This document shows positions 1-13,580 of a stretch of DNA of 64,000 bases, one piece after another. The first letter of the stretch is position 1, and every line of letters starts with the position of its first letter. The stretch comes from Octopus vulgaris. Its lineage: Eukaryota. The stretch covers positions 16,492,001 through 16,556,000 of the forward strand of contig OX597830.1 of NCBI GenBank assembly GCA_951406725.2. The letters run 5' to 3'. The position numbers were made by a program, and so were the translations under genes. Under the pieces are notes generated by a model, which saw nothing but the letters and a program-made list of their open reading frames with translations, had not been told where the DNA came from and ran no database searches.

Positions 1-258
1 AGTTGAGAGGACAAAACATAGGAAAAGGAGGAAACGCAACAACTAGATTTTTGTGGCAAAATGGATGCGGAGTAATCTACAATAACAGAAAGCAAAACTT
101 TGCCAAATAGATCAACTATCTTTGTAACATTTCTTGTTGCCAACATACACAATAGACACTTCATGTAAACCTAGATTAATATATATAGAGAGAGAGAACA
201 TATAAAAGCAACTCCCTTATTAATCATTTTAAAAACAATAATAAATATGACACACAGC

Positions 259-651
259 TTTAACCCTATAGCATTCAGGTTCTTCATTGTTTTGAATTAA
301 CCATGCTTGTTTTGTGGCTTTGGAACTTCGATGATGTGATTGTTTGTGTTTAGAATGACATTGCAGGATAAATGTGAAAGGCTGAATCTGGCCATAAAAC
401 AAGTAGAATATTTGGCAGGCTTAACCCTTTTGTGTTCAGATTACTCTGTTAAATGTAATACTTTTTTCCCCTCAAATTGTTTTGAATTAATCATACATTA
501 TCTTACAGCTTTGAAGTTTCAATGGTGTGATTAGTTTATTCTTAGAATGTCAATGTAGGTTAGGTGTGAGGGGCTAGATATGGCCAGTTTGAATGTAAAA
601 CATGTAGGATATTTGGGCCGGATATGGTCGGCTTAAACACCAAAGGGTTAA
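259..651. mobile_element. Two adjacent TTAA/piggyBac-type MITE D copies
   Basis: TTAACCCT...AAAGGGTTAA ends and a shared ~220-bp body. Confidence 0.75.
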
Positions 652-760
652 ATGATAAGGAGTTATTTTAGCTGAAGAGCTTGCATCTCAATGTCATCTG
701 ATTTTATTTAAGACAAAAATAAGACAAATTTTTTTAAAAAAAAAAGGGGGGGGGGCTTAC

Positions 761-985
761 CTTGAGTAATCACCGTTTCTTTTTTCAATTCAAAATCAGC
801 GCCGTTTGTTAATACTACTGTATGTCCTGAGGAGCTGGGTCCATTTACAATAACTCTAGCAGGTTCAGACACTAGCACTTTAGGCTTGATAACTGTAGGC
901 AGTTGATGAACTGAAGGGGCATTAGCTGACAAAGATGTAGCTACAGCTGCTGTTGTCATTGATGGTCCTGTTATGATATGTGATG
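761..985 (-). CDS. FoxK: Probable FoxK exon (225 nt): T/V/P-rich C-terminal region
   Basis: ccaacag|CATCAC...ACTCAAG|gtaagc. Phase 1 to phase 1, compatible with the upstream exon. Open frame ASHIITGPSMTTAAVATS...KKETVITQ. The acceptor position is less certain. Confidence 0.75.
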
Positions 986-1176
986 CTGTTGGAATACAAA
1001 CAAGTTGCCTTGTATTACAACCATGTGTCATCAGAAAAGCTACAATTGATATTTGGAAAAGGTTGAGAACTAGTATCAAAATTAATTCTGAATGGAATAA
1101 AAAATATCACGATTCAAACAATTATATATACTAGCTGGACCCATAAAAATAATTCACAGAAAACATAAAAAATGTA

Positions 1177-1477
1177 CGGAGATGTACTTGCATAGCAAGT
1201 GATTTGATCTGAGATTGTGTGCTGAAACGAAAACAATTGCAGCGTGGAAGGTGTTTGTAAGCCATTTAAGAAACACACAAAAGCCGTTCGATTCACTTCA
1301 ACATTTAAGTTTAATTAAGAGACGCAGCATGGATTTTTGTCAGTGAACAGGTCGCGGTCTCAAAACGATGAAAATATTTTGACAAATAAAACTTAAATGT
1401 TGAAGTGAATCGAACGGCTTTTGTGTGTTTCTTAAATGGCTTTTGTGTGTTTCTTAAATGGCTTACAAACACCTTCC
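1177..1477. mobile_element. Inverted-pair insertion of family H2 (Penelope-like pLTR-type repeat)
   Basis: Arms ~1177-1315 and ~1316-1477 overlap as reverse complements. Flanking direct repeat ACATAAAAAATGTA at 1163-1176 and 1478-1491. Internal 22-bp duplication near 1419-1462. Confidence 0.7.
1336..1386 (+). ncRNA. Minimal hammerhead-ribozyme-like fold, G3:C8 core variant (family H2)
   Basis: Stem I TTTGTCA/TGACAAA; core GTGAACA; extra G; stem II GTCG/CGAT; GAAA; palindromic AATATT stem III; predicted cut after 1379. Confidence 0.6.
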
Positions 1478-1702
1478 ACATAAAAAATGTAAGCATCTGT
1501 AAATTGTGTGTTGGTGCCATGTGAAATGCTTCTATATTGTGACAGTTACAGAATAATAGAAAGACATGTAAAACTGATAACTATATAATCCAACCAAAAT
1601 ATCTCAGGTACACAAACATAAACAGAACTACTATTTAGCCTTAAAACACATCATACATATTCAAAGAACCTTGGTTTAGTGGTACGGAACATTCTCTCGG
1701 TA

Positions 1703-1900
1703 TTCTTTTATTCCCTTACTTGTTTCAGTCATTTGACGGTGGCCATGCTGCAGCACCAACCTTTAGTTGAAGAAATCGACCCCTGGACTTATTCCCTGTA
1801 AGCCTGGTGCTTATTCTATCAGTATCTTCTGCCGAATAGCTAAGTTATGGGGATGCAAATACACCAACATCAGTAGCCAAACAATGGTGGCAGGGGCACA

Positions 1901-1938
<38 letters not shown>

Positions 1939-2016
1939 ATAGGCTTCTTTCAGTTTCCACCAAGCAAATTCACTCACAAGGCTTTGGTCGGCCCGATGTT
2001 ATAGTAGAAGACACTC
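1703..2016 (-). mobile_element. SINE A, 5'-truncated
   Basis: Similarity to other copies. Confidence 0.8.
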
Positions 2017-4917
2017 TTTAAAGTATAGAGTTGAATTTCATGTAGCCACCAGATGGCAACTTTTCTCCCCCACTCATTTTGTAGGGGGTATTACCCATTT
2101 TTCTGGGCTCTTCACAGCTTTACCCCATTCGAAATTTGCATTAGTTTTTCTATTGGGAGAAAAAAAAAAATGGAAGGGAGTGGGGCTTGTTTGTAGTTTG
2201 TAGAGAAAACATTAAACATGCCTGGAAAAAAAAAACCTGGTCTTTCCCCACTCCAACTAAGAGACATGAAGAACTATGAAAGAAGGCGAATAATTACTGG
2301 GTGTGGGGAAGAAGAGAGAACTAACACTCAATCATTCTGTAAATACCTGAAAGACTTTTCCCTCTATTCATTACTAAATGTCTTTCCCTCTTCGTTGTTA
2401 AAAGTAAAGAAGCTAGAAAAGATTGATAGTATTTCTGTCTAATTGTCATTGTAAATGAACAAGGCTTTCCTTTCTCTGTCTCTATCACTTGACTCCCTTT
2501 TCTCTATGGTTAAGAGAGTGAAGGTGCATGGCTCAGTGGTTAGGGGTATTCAGCCCACAATCATGAAGTCATGAGTACGATTCCCTGTGGCATGCTGTGT
2601 TCTTGAGCAAGGTACTCTATCTCACCTTGCTGCAGTCCACTCAGCTGGCAAAAATGAGTTGTAGCTGTAATTCAAAGGAGCCAGCCTTGTCACATTTTCT
2701 GTGTGAGGCTGAATCTCCCTATGAACTACCTTATAGTATGCATGTCTGTGGAGAACTCAGCCACTTGCATGTTAATTTTACGAGCGGATTGTTCATTGGT
2801 TAGATAAGCAGGAACCTCATCGTCATAACCGACGGAGTGCCATTTTTTCAAAAAGTGTGAAATTAAAGGTAATGTCCCATATCGTAAGGCAAAAATGTCA
2901 TGTGTTTAGTATAAGCAGTGAAAGCTAAGACAAAATAATTGTTATTCTGTTGTGTAGTGATTTCACCCTCAACTCATGCTCAGTTTGATAACAACAGCCT
3001 GTGCATCGGTGTTTATCTGGGGGCTTGGCCTCCAGATCTGTGAGACCCACAAATGCCACTGTTAGGACTGGATTAACACCCACAGTGACCCTAACGACCA
3101 AAAAGATATACCTGCCCCTATATAGGATCTTTTTTCGTTTTCTTCCAACCACTTGAAGGTTTATCTTACTCCAGTCCACTCAGCTGGCCAAATTGAATTG
3201 TAGCTGTAATTCAGATGGGCCAGCCTTGTCATATTCTGTGTGAGGCTGAATCTCCCAGAGAACTACGCTAATGATATGCATGTCTGTACAGTACTCAGCC
3301 ATTTGCGAATTAATTTTATCCTCATGTGGTAATAAAAAGTGAAAGTGACATTCAATATTTGCTGTGCCTATGTCTACCTTTTCTTTGGATCTATGTATCT
3401 ACTGTCTCTCTTACTTTCTCATTCTCTTTCACTTCCTCTATTTCCCTCCTCTCTCCTGCTTTTAATTTATGTGCATGTATCTATTGTATCTACTTTTCTT
3501 GCAATGTGATAAACATTTAAAAACACAAAACAAATGCCGTCATCACTCACTGTCTCTTTCACTTTTTCTCTTACTTCCTCTCTCAAACATTTAAAAACAC
3601 AAAACGAATACCACCACCACTCACTGTCTTTCACTCTCTCCTTTTATCTCTTACTTCCTCTCTGTTCTCCTCTCTCTCGCTTTGCCACTCACTACTTCTT
3701 TGAGGTAAGTGTGACACACACGCCAGGTATATACAAAAAGAACAAATTGGCATATTAATATTACTGATAATGTTTGGAAACTTAATAAAAGCTTAAAAGT
3801 TTCAGGGTTAAGTTTTTAGGCAGTATGGTATGAAAAGGATTAAAATAATTTTTTTGAAAATTAACACTTTTCACTGGGAAGCAATAAGTCAATATTTAGC
3901 AGAATGTGAAGAAACAATATTTTATAGAGATATATCATCACCAGTATTGAAGAACAACCTCAGGATGCTGAACCTTTCAGGTGGAGATGACAAAGGACTG
4001 AGGCACCTGGTGCCTGGCCATACTCAAAAAGACCCATACCTATTTCTTTACTACCCACAAGGGGCTAAACACAGAGAGGACAAACAAGGACAGACAAACG
4101 GATTAAGTCGATTATATCGACTCCAGTGCATAACTGGTACTTATTTAATCGACCCCCAAAAGGATGAAATACCGCTAAGCATTTTGCCCAGCGTGCTAAC
4201 GTTTCTGCCAGCTCGCCACAGCAGAAGTGTTAAGACTGGTCCTTCTGGTTATGTAAAGCATCCATGGCAGTGCCACATGAAAGTGCCTGGGTGACAACAC
4301 GTAAAAGCACCTATTCGGTGCCATGTAAAATCTTCCAGCACACTTTGTAAAGTGGGTGGCATTAGGAAGGGCATCCACCCATAAAATCAAAACAATGCCA
4401 AATCTGACTGAAGTCTGGTGCAGCCCACCGGCCTGCCTGGACATCAGACATTAAATGATGATAACGTTCCATGCTGGCATAAGCTGCATGGTTTGAGAGG
4501 ATCTGATGGGCCTTAAGAAGTGCATTGTGTCCCAGTGTCTACTTTGATATGGGGGCCCTTCCTAACAGAACCATGTTACAGCATGTACGGGGTACATTTT
4601 ATCATGCCCTCAGTATTAGTGGTGTTGCCATGCAGCTCGCAAGACTAAAAGTCCCAAGGGGGAAGGGGATCAGTTTTATGCAAAGTGATGGGACAAGTAG
4701 AGTATGAGATTGGGGGGGAGGGGCATGGAGCAGCAGATTCCTGTAGAAAAGCTGCCTTGGCTACTCACATTTAGAAGAGACAGCAATACCGATTAGTAGG
4801 AACTACAGAGATACAAAGTGGTGATGAAGTTTCCAGGAACTCCAGTGGCCCCTCACAAAGAAATAGAAGTGAATGGGGACAGAGGAACTAGGAGTGTGGG
4901 TAAACAAGGCTCTGTAA

Positions 4918-4956
<39 letters not shown>

Positions 4957-7900
4957 CATACATACATACATACATACACATACATACTTATATATCATCA
5001 TCATTATATAGCATCTGCTTTACATGTTGGCATGGGTTTGACAGCTTGACTGGAACTGGTAAGGCAGGGAGCTGCACCAAGATCCAGTTTGGTTTGGCAT
5101 AGTTTCTGTGGTAGGGTGCCCTTCCAAACGCCAACCACTTCAAGAGTGTAGTGGGTACTTGTTACATGCCACCATCGCAGATGCTTTTACGTGCCGCTGC
5201 CTACGGGTACTAGTTACATGACACCAGCATCAGTTCACAAGTCTTCTCAAGCACAGCTTATTGCCAAAGGTCAGTTACTTTTGTCATCTCCTCCGTGAGA
5301 CCTAACATTCAAAGGGCCCACGTGTGTGTGGAAAGAGAGAAAGCTATGTAATTTTTCTTATTAAAGATTCAACTGATTTAATTAATATATAATTACTTTT
5401 GTATTTACGTAAGAATTTTACACTGGTAATCATTAATGATATTATTGAGTGCCATAAACCATTAGGTTGTAGGATTATGCACAGGTTTAATCTCCATATG
5501 CATCTTAGTTCAACTTGGCAGAGCATTTGTGATCTACAGAAGGCTGGGAAAAGTAAGGTGGACTAGAGAGAGGATAGTTGTCTATGGTGATGAAATTAAG
5601 GGATAGCAGGCCTAAGTAAGAATTATGGGAGAAAATAACAAGGACAAATGAAGCACATTTGCAATTGCTTTGATAACCCTTCAACAGTTGTCAAGCAGAT
5701 GCCATGGCCTTAGGTCACCTAATAACTAGTGCTAAAGCGCTGACAGTTTGTAAGCTACAGGACTTTAGACTGGTACCACTGTAAGAAAGAATGATGGAGA
5801 GCAACAAAATGCAGGTGATGAGGAACCAATAGAAGGTAGAGACATTTATTGAGTAGTGTTTAAGGTGTTGCAGAGAAGAAAGGCCTGAAATTATCTGCTA
5901 AAGATACAGCTGAGTTACCTAGCAAAACACTGCAACCAGCTTAACAAACCAAGAAGTGTTACTGCACTTGTAGCTACCTCTTTTACCCAGTAAAGGTACC
6001 CAAGTGTATGTTATCAAAAAGTGAAAGTGTTAGTTAAGTAGGAGTAGTGGTGAAAATCTTTGATGATATTGGTTGTACCATTATGTTAGTCTCCTTGAAC
6101 AGGTTGTTAAAAAAGGAGAGGAAAGTGCAGGATAAGGGTGTAGACAGAAGGAAGGGTACATACAGTAAAGTAAAACTAGAACACCAGGGGATTGTGGTGA
6201 ATCACATTGTTAAAAGTGTTGACATGGTAACTGGAATGAATATAATTGGTGTGTAATGAGGTGATGTCATGATCAATGGAGAAGAAGTGAAGTCTGAAAC
6301 AGTGCAATGAGTATACAACCAAAAAAATGGAGACTCCAGAGGTGACAAAATTCGTGGAGGATGAAAGTTCAACAATTAAAAATAAGGGTTTTCCCCACAG
6401 AATTTGATGGTGAGAGATGGAAATGGAATGGTCATGGGAGGAAGGGCTTTCATTTTAGAAGAATGAGGTCAGTTATTACAAGAACTCGTTAAATTGAGGA
6501 GTGAAACTTCAAGCTTGAAAAAAGTGTAAAGATGGATAGAACAGGGCATTTTTATACCAAAATGAAAACAGATAAAAGGGGAAACAAGTGCTGTTATTGG
6601 TAGCAGTAGCTCAGTCAACATAAGACAATTTGATCAGTCTGTTGTGTATGGATTTTCACAAAAGATGCAGAACAGGTAGGCAAAGTTGTTTTTTCCCCCA
6701 CGTCAGCCATAAGACACCAAGCTAGTTTAGTGAAAAAATACAGGATGTTAGATTGAGCAATGACATAAGGAACTCATTCATTGGAAAGCATGGTGTGGCT
6801 TTACTTTTAGTGTTGAACTTGAGGCAGTTGAATCATCGTGTAACATGTTACATTAGTGGTAAAACAACAGATGTGAGGCAGCTGTGGTTGTCAGCCTAAT
6901 ATCAGATTCTTTACAGCTCCATGTGGCTGTAAAAAAAAAAGTTGTTAAGGTACCAACTAATGAAAGGTCAGAACATACTGTCTGACCACAGTGAGGCTTG
7001 GGCTAAGCTCCATACTGAAAATAATGGTAATCATCATCATCATCATCATCATCATCGTTTAATGTCCATTTTCCGTGCTAGCACGGGATGGGCGATTCAA
7101 CCGTGGTCTGGGAAGCCAGGAGGCTGCACCAGGCTCCAGTCTGATCTGGCAGTGTTTCTACAGCTGGATGCCCTTCCTAACGTCAACCACTCTGTGAGTG
7201 TAGTTGTGGTTGGCGTTAGGAAGGGCATCCAGCTGTAGAAAAACTAAAAACAATCTTAGGAAAGGTGAATAGGTTAAGAGAAGCCACAAGTTCTAATATT
7301 GATGACACTGATGTAAATGAAATGGTGGATATAGCAGGAGAGCTTTGAGGTCACTTAAGAAATTATGGACTAACCACACGTGTGGGTGACTTGCATCTTT
7401 CCCATGGGATATTTTATCACCGATGGGACAAAAGAAGCAGTTTAAAGACTGAATAAGAACCCTCCAAAAATGAAAGATCTTTTTGCCCGCCCTTCACTCT
7501 TGCAATAACATGCTGGAAGGAGAATAATATGGAGGAAAAAAATGCACTCAACAACATTAGAAGTATAAAAATAGTGAAATATGCAATGTCATTCCAAGAC
7601 ATTTACATGTTCTGTTTTCAACTGTGCATACACATCAAGGACTGGATGTGTAGCCTTCAGAAGACCTACAAATATTTTTCATTGGAATCAATAAATATCA
7701 ATACAATACGCACGTGTGATAATATGTACATATTGTTTTAGTAGCTGTGAGTACATGGGTAATTTGGTTGGAGATGATTGGTGAAATACAGTGCCATGTG
7801 ACAAACACTGCCAGATATGACTGGCCTGGTGCAGCCTTCGGGCTTCCCAGACCCCAGTTGAACCGTCCAACCCATGCTAGCATGGAAAGTGGACGTTAAA

Positions 7901-8084
7901 CGATGATGATAATGATGATGATATGCAAATTGAGTATCTGATCCAGATTTTTTCATGATCCATGTTCAGAAGCACAGTGTATGTGTGCTACTTGCCAAAG
8001 ATTAATATCGAGTCATTATCATTATATGTCCGCTTTCCATGTTGGAATGGGTCGGGTGGGCAGTCATAGACCAAATAAGTCATT

Positions 8085-8538
8085 TTTGACCTTTTAGCAA
8101 TTAGACTACTCCGTCAAATGTGATGCTTATTAATTCACATCATTTTCAATCAACCATGCATTATCTTGTGGCTTTGAGATTTCAATGATGTGATTGTTTA
8201 TTTTTAAAATGACATTTTAAGGCAGATGTAAGAGGCCTGATCTAGCTGGATTGAACATAAAACAAGTAATATATTTAGGCCAGATATGGCTGATTTAACC
8301 CTTTAGTGTTTAAACTGGCCAAATCCGGCCCAATATATTTACATATTTTATATTCAAACTGGCCATATCCAGCCCCTCACACCTAAACCTACATTGACAG
8401 TCTAAAAATAAACAATCACATCATTGAAACCTCAAAGCTATAAGGTAATGCATGATTAATTCAAAACAATTTAAATAAAAAAGCATTATATTTAACAGAG
8501 TAATCTGAACACTAAAGGGTTAAATGCTAATGGGTTAA
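8085..8538. mobile_element. MITE D (8299-8519) nested in another MITE D at TTAA
   Basis: TTAA at 8295-8298 and 8520-8523; the host terminus ATGCTAATGGGTTAA resumes afterwards. Confidence 0.8.
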
Positions 8539-8805
8539 GTTATTGCCCTCCAAGGTAAATCAGGGACCAACTTTCTTTCATATGTTCCATTTTTGGCATT
8601 GTTTTTAAAGGATGGACATCCTTAATTCCAACCACTTTACAGAGTGGAGTGGGTGCATTTTATTATGACAACCAGTAGGTCATCTTGTCCTCATTAAGGC
8701 TAAAGTGTCCTTTTCTATGTTCTGTTTGTGCAAGGATAAAGAAGGTAATGGAAGAGAGATTATGAAGCGGGAAATTGTGAGTGACAGAAGACTGAGTGAT
8801 GAAGA

Positions 8806-9235
8806 ACAACCTCCAGATGCTGAACCTATCAGGCAAGATGACAAAGGACCAAGATGCTTGGTGCCTTGCTGTACTCGAGAAGACCTGTACTCCATAGCAG
8901 AAGTGTTAAGACTGGTCCCTCTGGTGGCGAAAAGCACTCATGGCGGTGTCATGTAAAAGTGCCCATGCAGTATCACATAAAGGCACCTGAGCAATGCCTT
9001 GTAAAAGCGCCCATGTGGTGCCGTGGAAAAGCATCCATGTGACGCCACATAAAACCAACCCAGCACACTCTGCAAAGTGGTTGGCATTAGGAAGGGCACC
9101 CAGCCATAGAAACCATGCCAAATCAGACTGGAGTCTGGTGCATCCCACCAGCTTGCCGGCTCTGCTCAAACTGTCCATCCCATGCCGGCATGGACAATGG
9201 ACATTAAATGATGATGATGTTGATGATGATGATGA
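8806..9235 (+). mobile_element. Older, longer element-B relative with ~24-bp tandem units
   Basis: Same core and tail; 5' region shared with ~3955-4460 and ~18530-19027. Confidence 0.65.
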
Positions 9236-10113
9236 GATTATACAGGAGAGACAGTGATTAAGCAACTACAAGTTGATAAAGAGATTCATCATCATCATCA
9301 TCGTTTAACGTCCGTTTTCCCCGCGAGCACGGATTGGACGGTTCGACCGGGGTCTGGGAAGCCAGAAGGCTGCACCAGGCTCCAGTCTGATCTGGCAGAG
9401 TTTCTACAGCTGGATGCCCTTCCTAACGCCAACCACTCCGCGAGAGTAGCGGGTGCTTTTTACGTGCCACCTGCACAGGTGCCAGGGGAGTTCGGCATCG
9501 GCCACGATCGGTTGGAGCTTTTAACGTGCCACCGGTACAGAAGCCAGCCAAGGCGGGGCTGGCAACGGCCACGTTCGGATGGTGCTTTTTATGTGCCACG
9601 TGTCACATGATAAGGAAAGACAGAACGATGGAAGTTTGAGTAGGAGAGACAGTGAGCAATGTATGTCAACAAGGATGGAGTAATATGAATGAGAGTTGTC
9701 GGTTCAAGCAATGAGAAAGTAACAAGGAAAAGCGAGAGAGAACAACAGCTGGTAATAAAGAGGTATGATGGTAAGAGGGGTGCAGAATATGGACAGATCC
9801 AATGCTAATCCTTGTTAGTGTGATGGGAAAGAGATAAAAGATGTTGATTGGAGAGTGGTGTTACAAACACAGAAAGATCCAAATCTCAACAACCATCACT
9901 GCCATGATTCTAACATCTATTTTACCATGTTTGCATCGATGAATGGTTCTTCCTTAACATAACCTGTTACCAATCATCACAGCTCTTTGTCATCTCCATG
10001 AAATTTAGCTTTTTGAAATCAGTTTTCATTACTTCATTCCATGTTTTTCTAGGTTTCCCACCTAACAGAGCTTATATCCACTTCAAGAGTTCAGCTATTC
10101 TTTATCCTCTATA

Positions 10114-10477
10114 CTAGCAGTATGACGCGACAATGCCGGGTCAGGTGCTAGTGCATGCATATACAGCTGCATGCGTGCGCACATACACACAAGTACTGTC
10201 CAAATCTCCGACCAATCACATACAGCTAGCTGGCATTCAATTGGCGTATCAAGTTTCGGGCATTTTGATAGGGTTTGGGATAGAATATTCACAAAAAAGT
10301 CACTTCTATTGATTTTTTTAATGGCTTTGCGGGGTGACTGGGGAAATGTAAAGATGTGCACGACCACCCTTGGACGGTTTTAAATGACCATAGAAAGTGC
10401 GAGCCCTCTAACTGAAAAATTGTGGATTTGTATAAAGGACACAAACGCAGACATTTTGCCGTTTATATATAGAGAGA
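10114..10477 (-). mobile_element. Non-autonomous Helitron-like element
   Basis: Minus strand 5'-TC...CTAG-3' between A and T, with a subterminal hairpin; three copies in the window. Confidence 0.75.
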
Positions 10478-11734
10478 TAATCCTAAGTCCATACCAAATG
10501 AGTCTTCTTTCTTGCAGAGTACATCCGATTCCTCTTACAGCCAGCATTTGTTTCATCATTCATGCATGCCAACACTACACACCCAGCAGACCCTACACTT
10601 TTTCTAACCTTTACAAATGTATCACATCCAAGGCCCACGTTTTGTTACCATGCAGCAAACATCAGATATCTGCCCTTTATTCCAAGAGGAAGAAACCCTT
10701 TGTTGCCAATAGAGGTAATAGCTTCTTGAAATTTTGCTCCCTATGCTTTCAGAATACCTGCTTCCACTACTTATTAGGTCCTTTTCTTACCTAGGAAACA
10801 AAAGCTATCGTCTACTTTTATGGATTTTCCTGGATATTTGTAAAAATATTTTCCCCATGTGCTTTTACTAATGACGCCTGTACATTTGCTACACAAGTAG
10901 TCTATCTTCTCTGTCAGCTACCCTCTGATCCCACTACACCACTTGAAATTTCTACCAATTCTTTTTCTGCAGAACAATTGGCCTGATGACAGCAGGGTGC
11001 TGCCTTCTTTCCTACTTAACAAAACTTTTAATCTTTGCTAAATTTACTTTGAGACTACTTAAGTTTAGCTTCTTCTCTAAGTCTTCTATAGATTCAGTAT
11101 AGGAATTTGGTCATCGGCATACAAAGAGTTCTCACGGACAACTGGTCTTCTGTTATTATGGCTTGGAGAACTACAATAAACAAGAGGCGTTGAGAAATGA
11201 ACGCTGGTGGACACCAACTTGCAAGCTAAATTTCTGTCTGAACTCATTGCTAACGCTTGCTTTACTGACTGCAGTTCTCTATATGGCTGGCATAGCTCTC
11301 ACAAGTCATTCATCCACCCCAGGTTTTTTTTAAAGACCACCAGATTACAGGGTGAGTGATTCTCTCAAATGCCTTTTCCAGGCCAACAAAAGTTAAACAC
11401 AATAGCAACTTCTAGCTAAGCACTTCTGCAGATGCCTCACTAAGAAACAAGCATTAGTAATACTTCTTCACATAAAGCCAAACTGCATCTTATATAAGCT
11501 AATTCTATTCCTAATCAGTTGTGTTAAATTTCTTTCTGTATCTTTCATAATTTGGCCCAGCAGTTTTGATACCCACAGTAGTTGCTTCTTTCTAGAGCAT
11601 CTCTTTCACCCCTGTATAAGATGATGATACTGTTAATCCAGTCATTAGGTGAGATTATTTCTAGCCACTTACTTGCCTTACACATTCTCTCCATTTATCT
11701 CCCCATGTGTGTATGCTTGCTAATTTAGTATGTA

Positions 11735-12107
11735 CTAGCACTATGACCCGGCAACACCGGGTCATAGTGCTAGTGCATGCATATACAGCTGCGTGCGTGC
11801 GCACATACACGCGGGTACTGTCCAAATCTCCGACCAATCACATACAGCTAGCTGGCATTCAATTGCCGTATCAAGTTTCGGGCATTTTGATTCGGTTTTA
11901 GATAGTAAATTCACAAAAAAAGTCAATTCTTTTGATTTTTTAATGGCTTTGCGAGGTGACTATGGAAATGTGAAGATGTGCACGACCACCCTTGGACGGT
12001 TTTGAATGACCATAGAAAGTGCGAGCCCTCTAACTGAAAAACTGTGGATTTGTATAAAGGACACACACACACACAGACAGACATTTTGCCGTTTATATAG
12101 AGAGAGA
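11735..12107 (-). mobile_element. Non-autonomous Helitron-like element
   Basis: Same family as 10114-10477; terminal 18-bp palindrome. Confidence 0.75.
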
Positions 12108-12166
12108 TTATGAGTTCAAGTTATTACAACTACTGAGTATAACTTGAATGACATCACAAAGGGTTT

Positions 12167-12550
12167 TGGAAGCACTCCGTTGGTTACGACGATGAGGGTT
12201 CCGGTTGATCCGAATCAACAGAACAGCCTGCTAGTGAAATTAACATGTAAGTGGCTGAGCACTCCACAGACACGTGTACCCTCAACGTAGTTCTCGGGGA
12301 TATTAAGCATGACACAGAGAGTGACAAGGCCGGCCCTTTGAAATACAGGTACAACAGAAACAGGAAGTAAGAGTGAGAGAAAGTTGTGGTGAAAGAGTAC
12401 AGCAGGGATCACCACCATCCCTGCCAGAGCATCGTGGAGCTTTAGGTGTTTTCGCTCAATAAACACTCACAACGCCCGGTCTGGGAATCGAAACTGCGAT
12501 CCTATGACCGCGAGTCCGCTGCCCTAACCACTGGGCCATTGCGCCTCCAC
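12167..12550 (-). mobile_element. SINE G with tail type 2
   Basis: Reverse complement of 33388-33771. Confidence 0.85.
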
Positions 12551-12624
12551 TTATAATACACAAAGGGTACGGGTATATCACAAATGATATACCTGTAGAA
12601 AGAGTTTGTGTGGAAACAACTTAC

Positions 12625-12818
12625 CTGATGGTGAACCTGGAGCTGATTGGCTAACACGTAATTCTGAAGTGATGCGACTATTAACTTGCTGTTGATTACT
12701 ATTTGGTGTTGTTATAACCTCCGTTTCGGGGACTGATTCTGGGATTGGACTACTATCCCGAGAAAGGCTGTCAGGAGTAAATGCCCCACTTACATGGCTT
12801 GGCGATGTTGGTGCAGAT
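12625..12818 (-). CDS. FoxK: FoxK exon (194 nt): S/P-rich region
   Basis: ttctag|ATCTGCA...CCATCAG|gtaagt. Translates SAPTSPSHVSGAFTPDSLSRDSSPIP...SQSAPGSPS, matching the FoxK SAPxSP, SLSRxxSP and QSAPGSP motifs. Confidence 0.93.
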
Positions 12819-13580
12819 CTAGAAGACAAAGAAATACAAGTTTTAGAGAATGGACAAAAGAGAATAGGGGAAAAAAAAAAGAAAAAAAAAAACTGATTCA
12901 CAGGTTCTTAACAATCAAAATTCAAATAGTGTTCATCAATATCTGTTGATTTGGTCATTAAACTTCAAAATTTTGTTTTGTGGTTGTTTTATTAGGTCCC
13001 ATATACAACCGGACACCCTTCTTGTTGCCAACCCTCACTTCAGACAAGTTTTTCACAGATGAATGGAAACGGCTGATACCATTTGTATAACAACGAGACT
13101 CATGTACTACCATGCAACGTTGTGGCAAGGAAACACTAACACACACACATGGCGGGCTTCTTTCAGTTTCCCATCCACCAAATCTCATCACAAAGATTTG
13201 ATCAGTCCAAGGATATTCAAGATGTCATGCAGTGGGCATTGAACCCAAAACCACATGGTTGGAAAACAAACTTCTTAAGCAAACAGCCTGTGCATATATA
13301 TGTGTGCATGTGAAGGCACGGGACCTAGTGGTTAGTCTGTTGCACCCACAATAGCTAGAGCACTATATCCCTGAACAAAGCACTTCATTTCATGTTGCTC
13401 CTGTTCCCTTTTCAATCAATGGGGAATGTTGGCCTGCTTGACTAGCCTGCATGGTGGCATCATTCAAAAGGCTAAAACAATGCAAAGCGCATTGTGACCA
13501 GCAATGTGTAACCACACGATAGTCTGGTCGGTCACAATTACATGATACACACACACACACACATATATATATATACATAC

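Noticed and set aside
5480-6900. Possible old LINE or coding remnant (also ~10480-11690)
   Set aside because: Composition suggests a decayed LINE, but no motif was clear enough to assign and there are no FoxK-compatible exon signals.
6942-9610. Recurrent HHHH...CTRLQSDL...LDALPNAN ORFs
   Set aside because: Antisense reading of non-coding element B and its (CAT)n tail; frames differ between copies.
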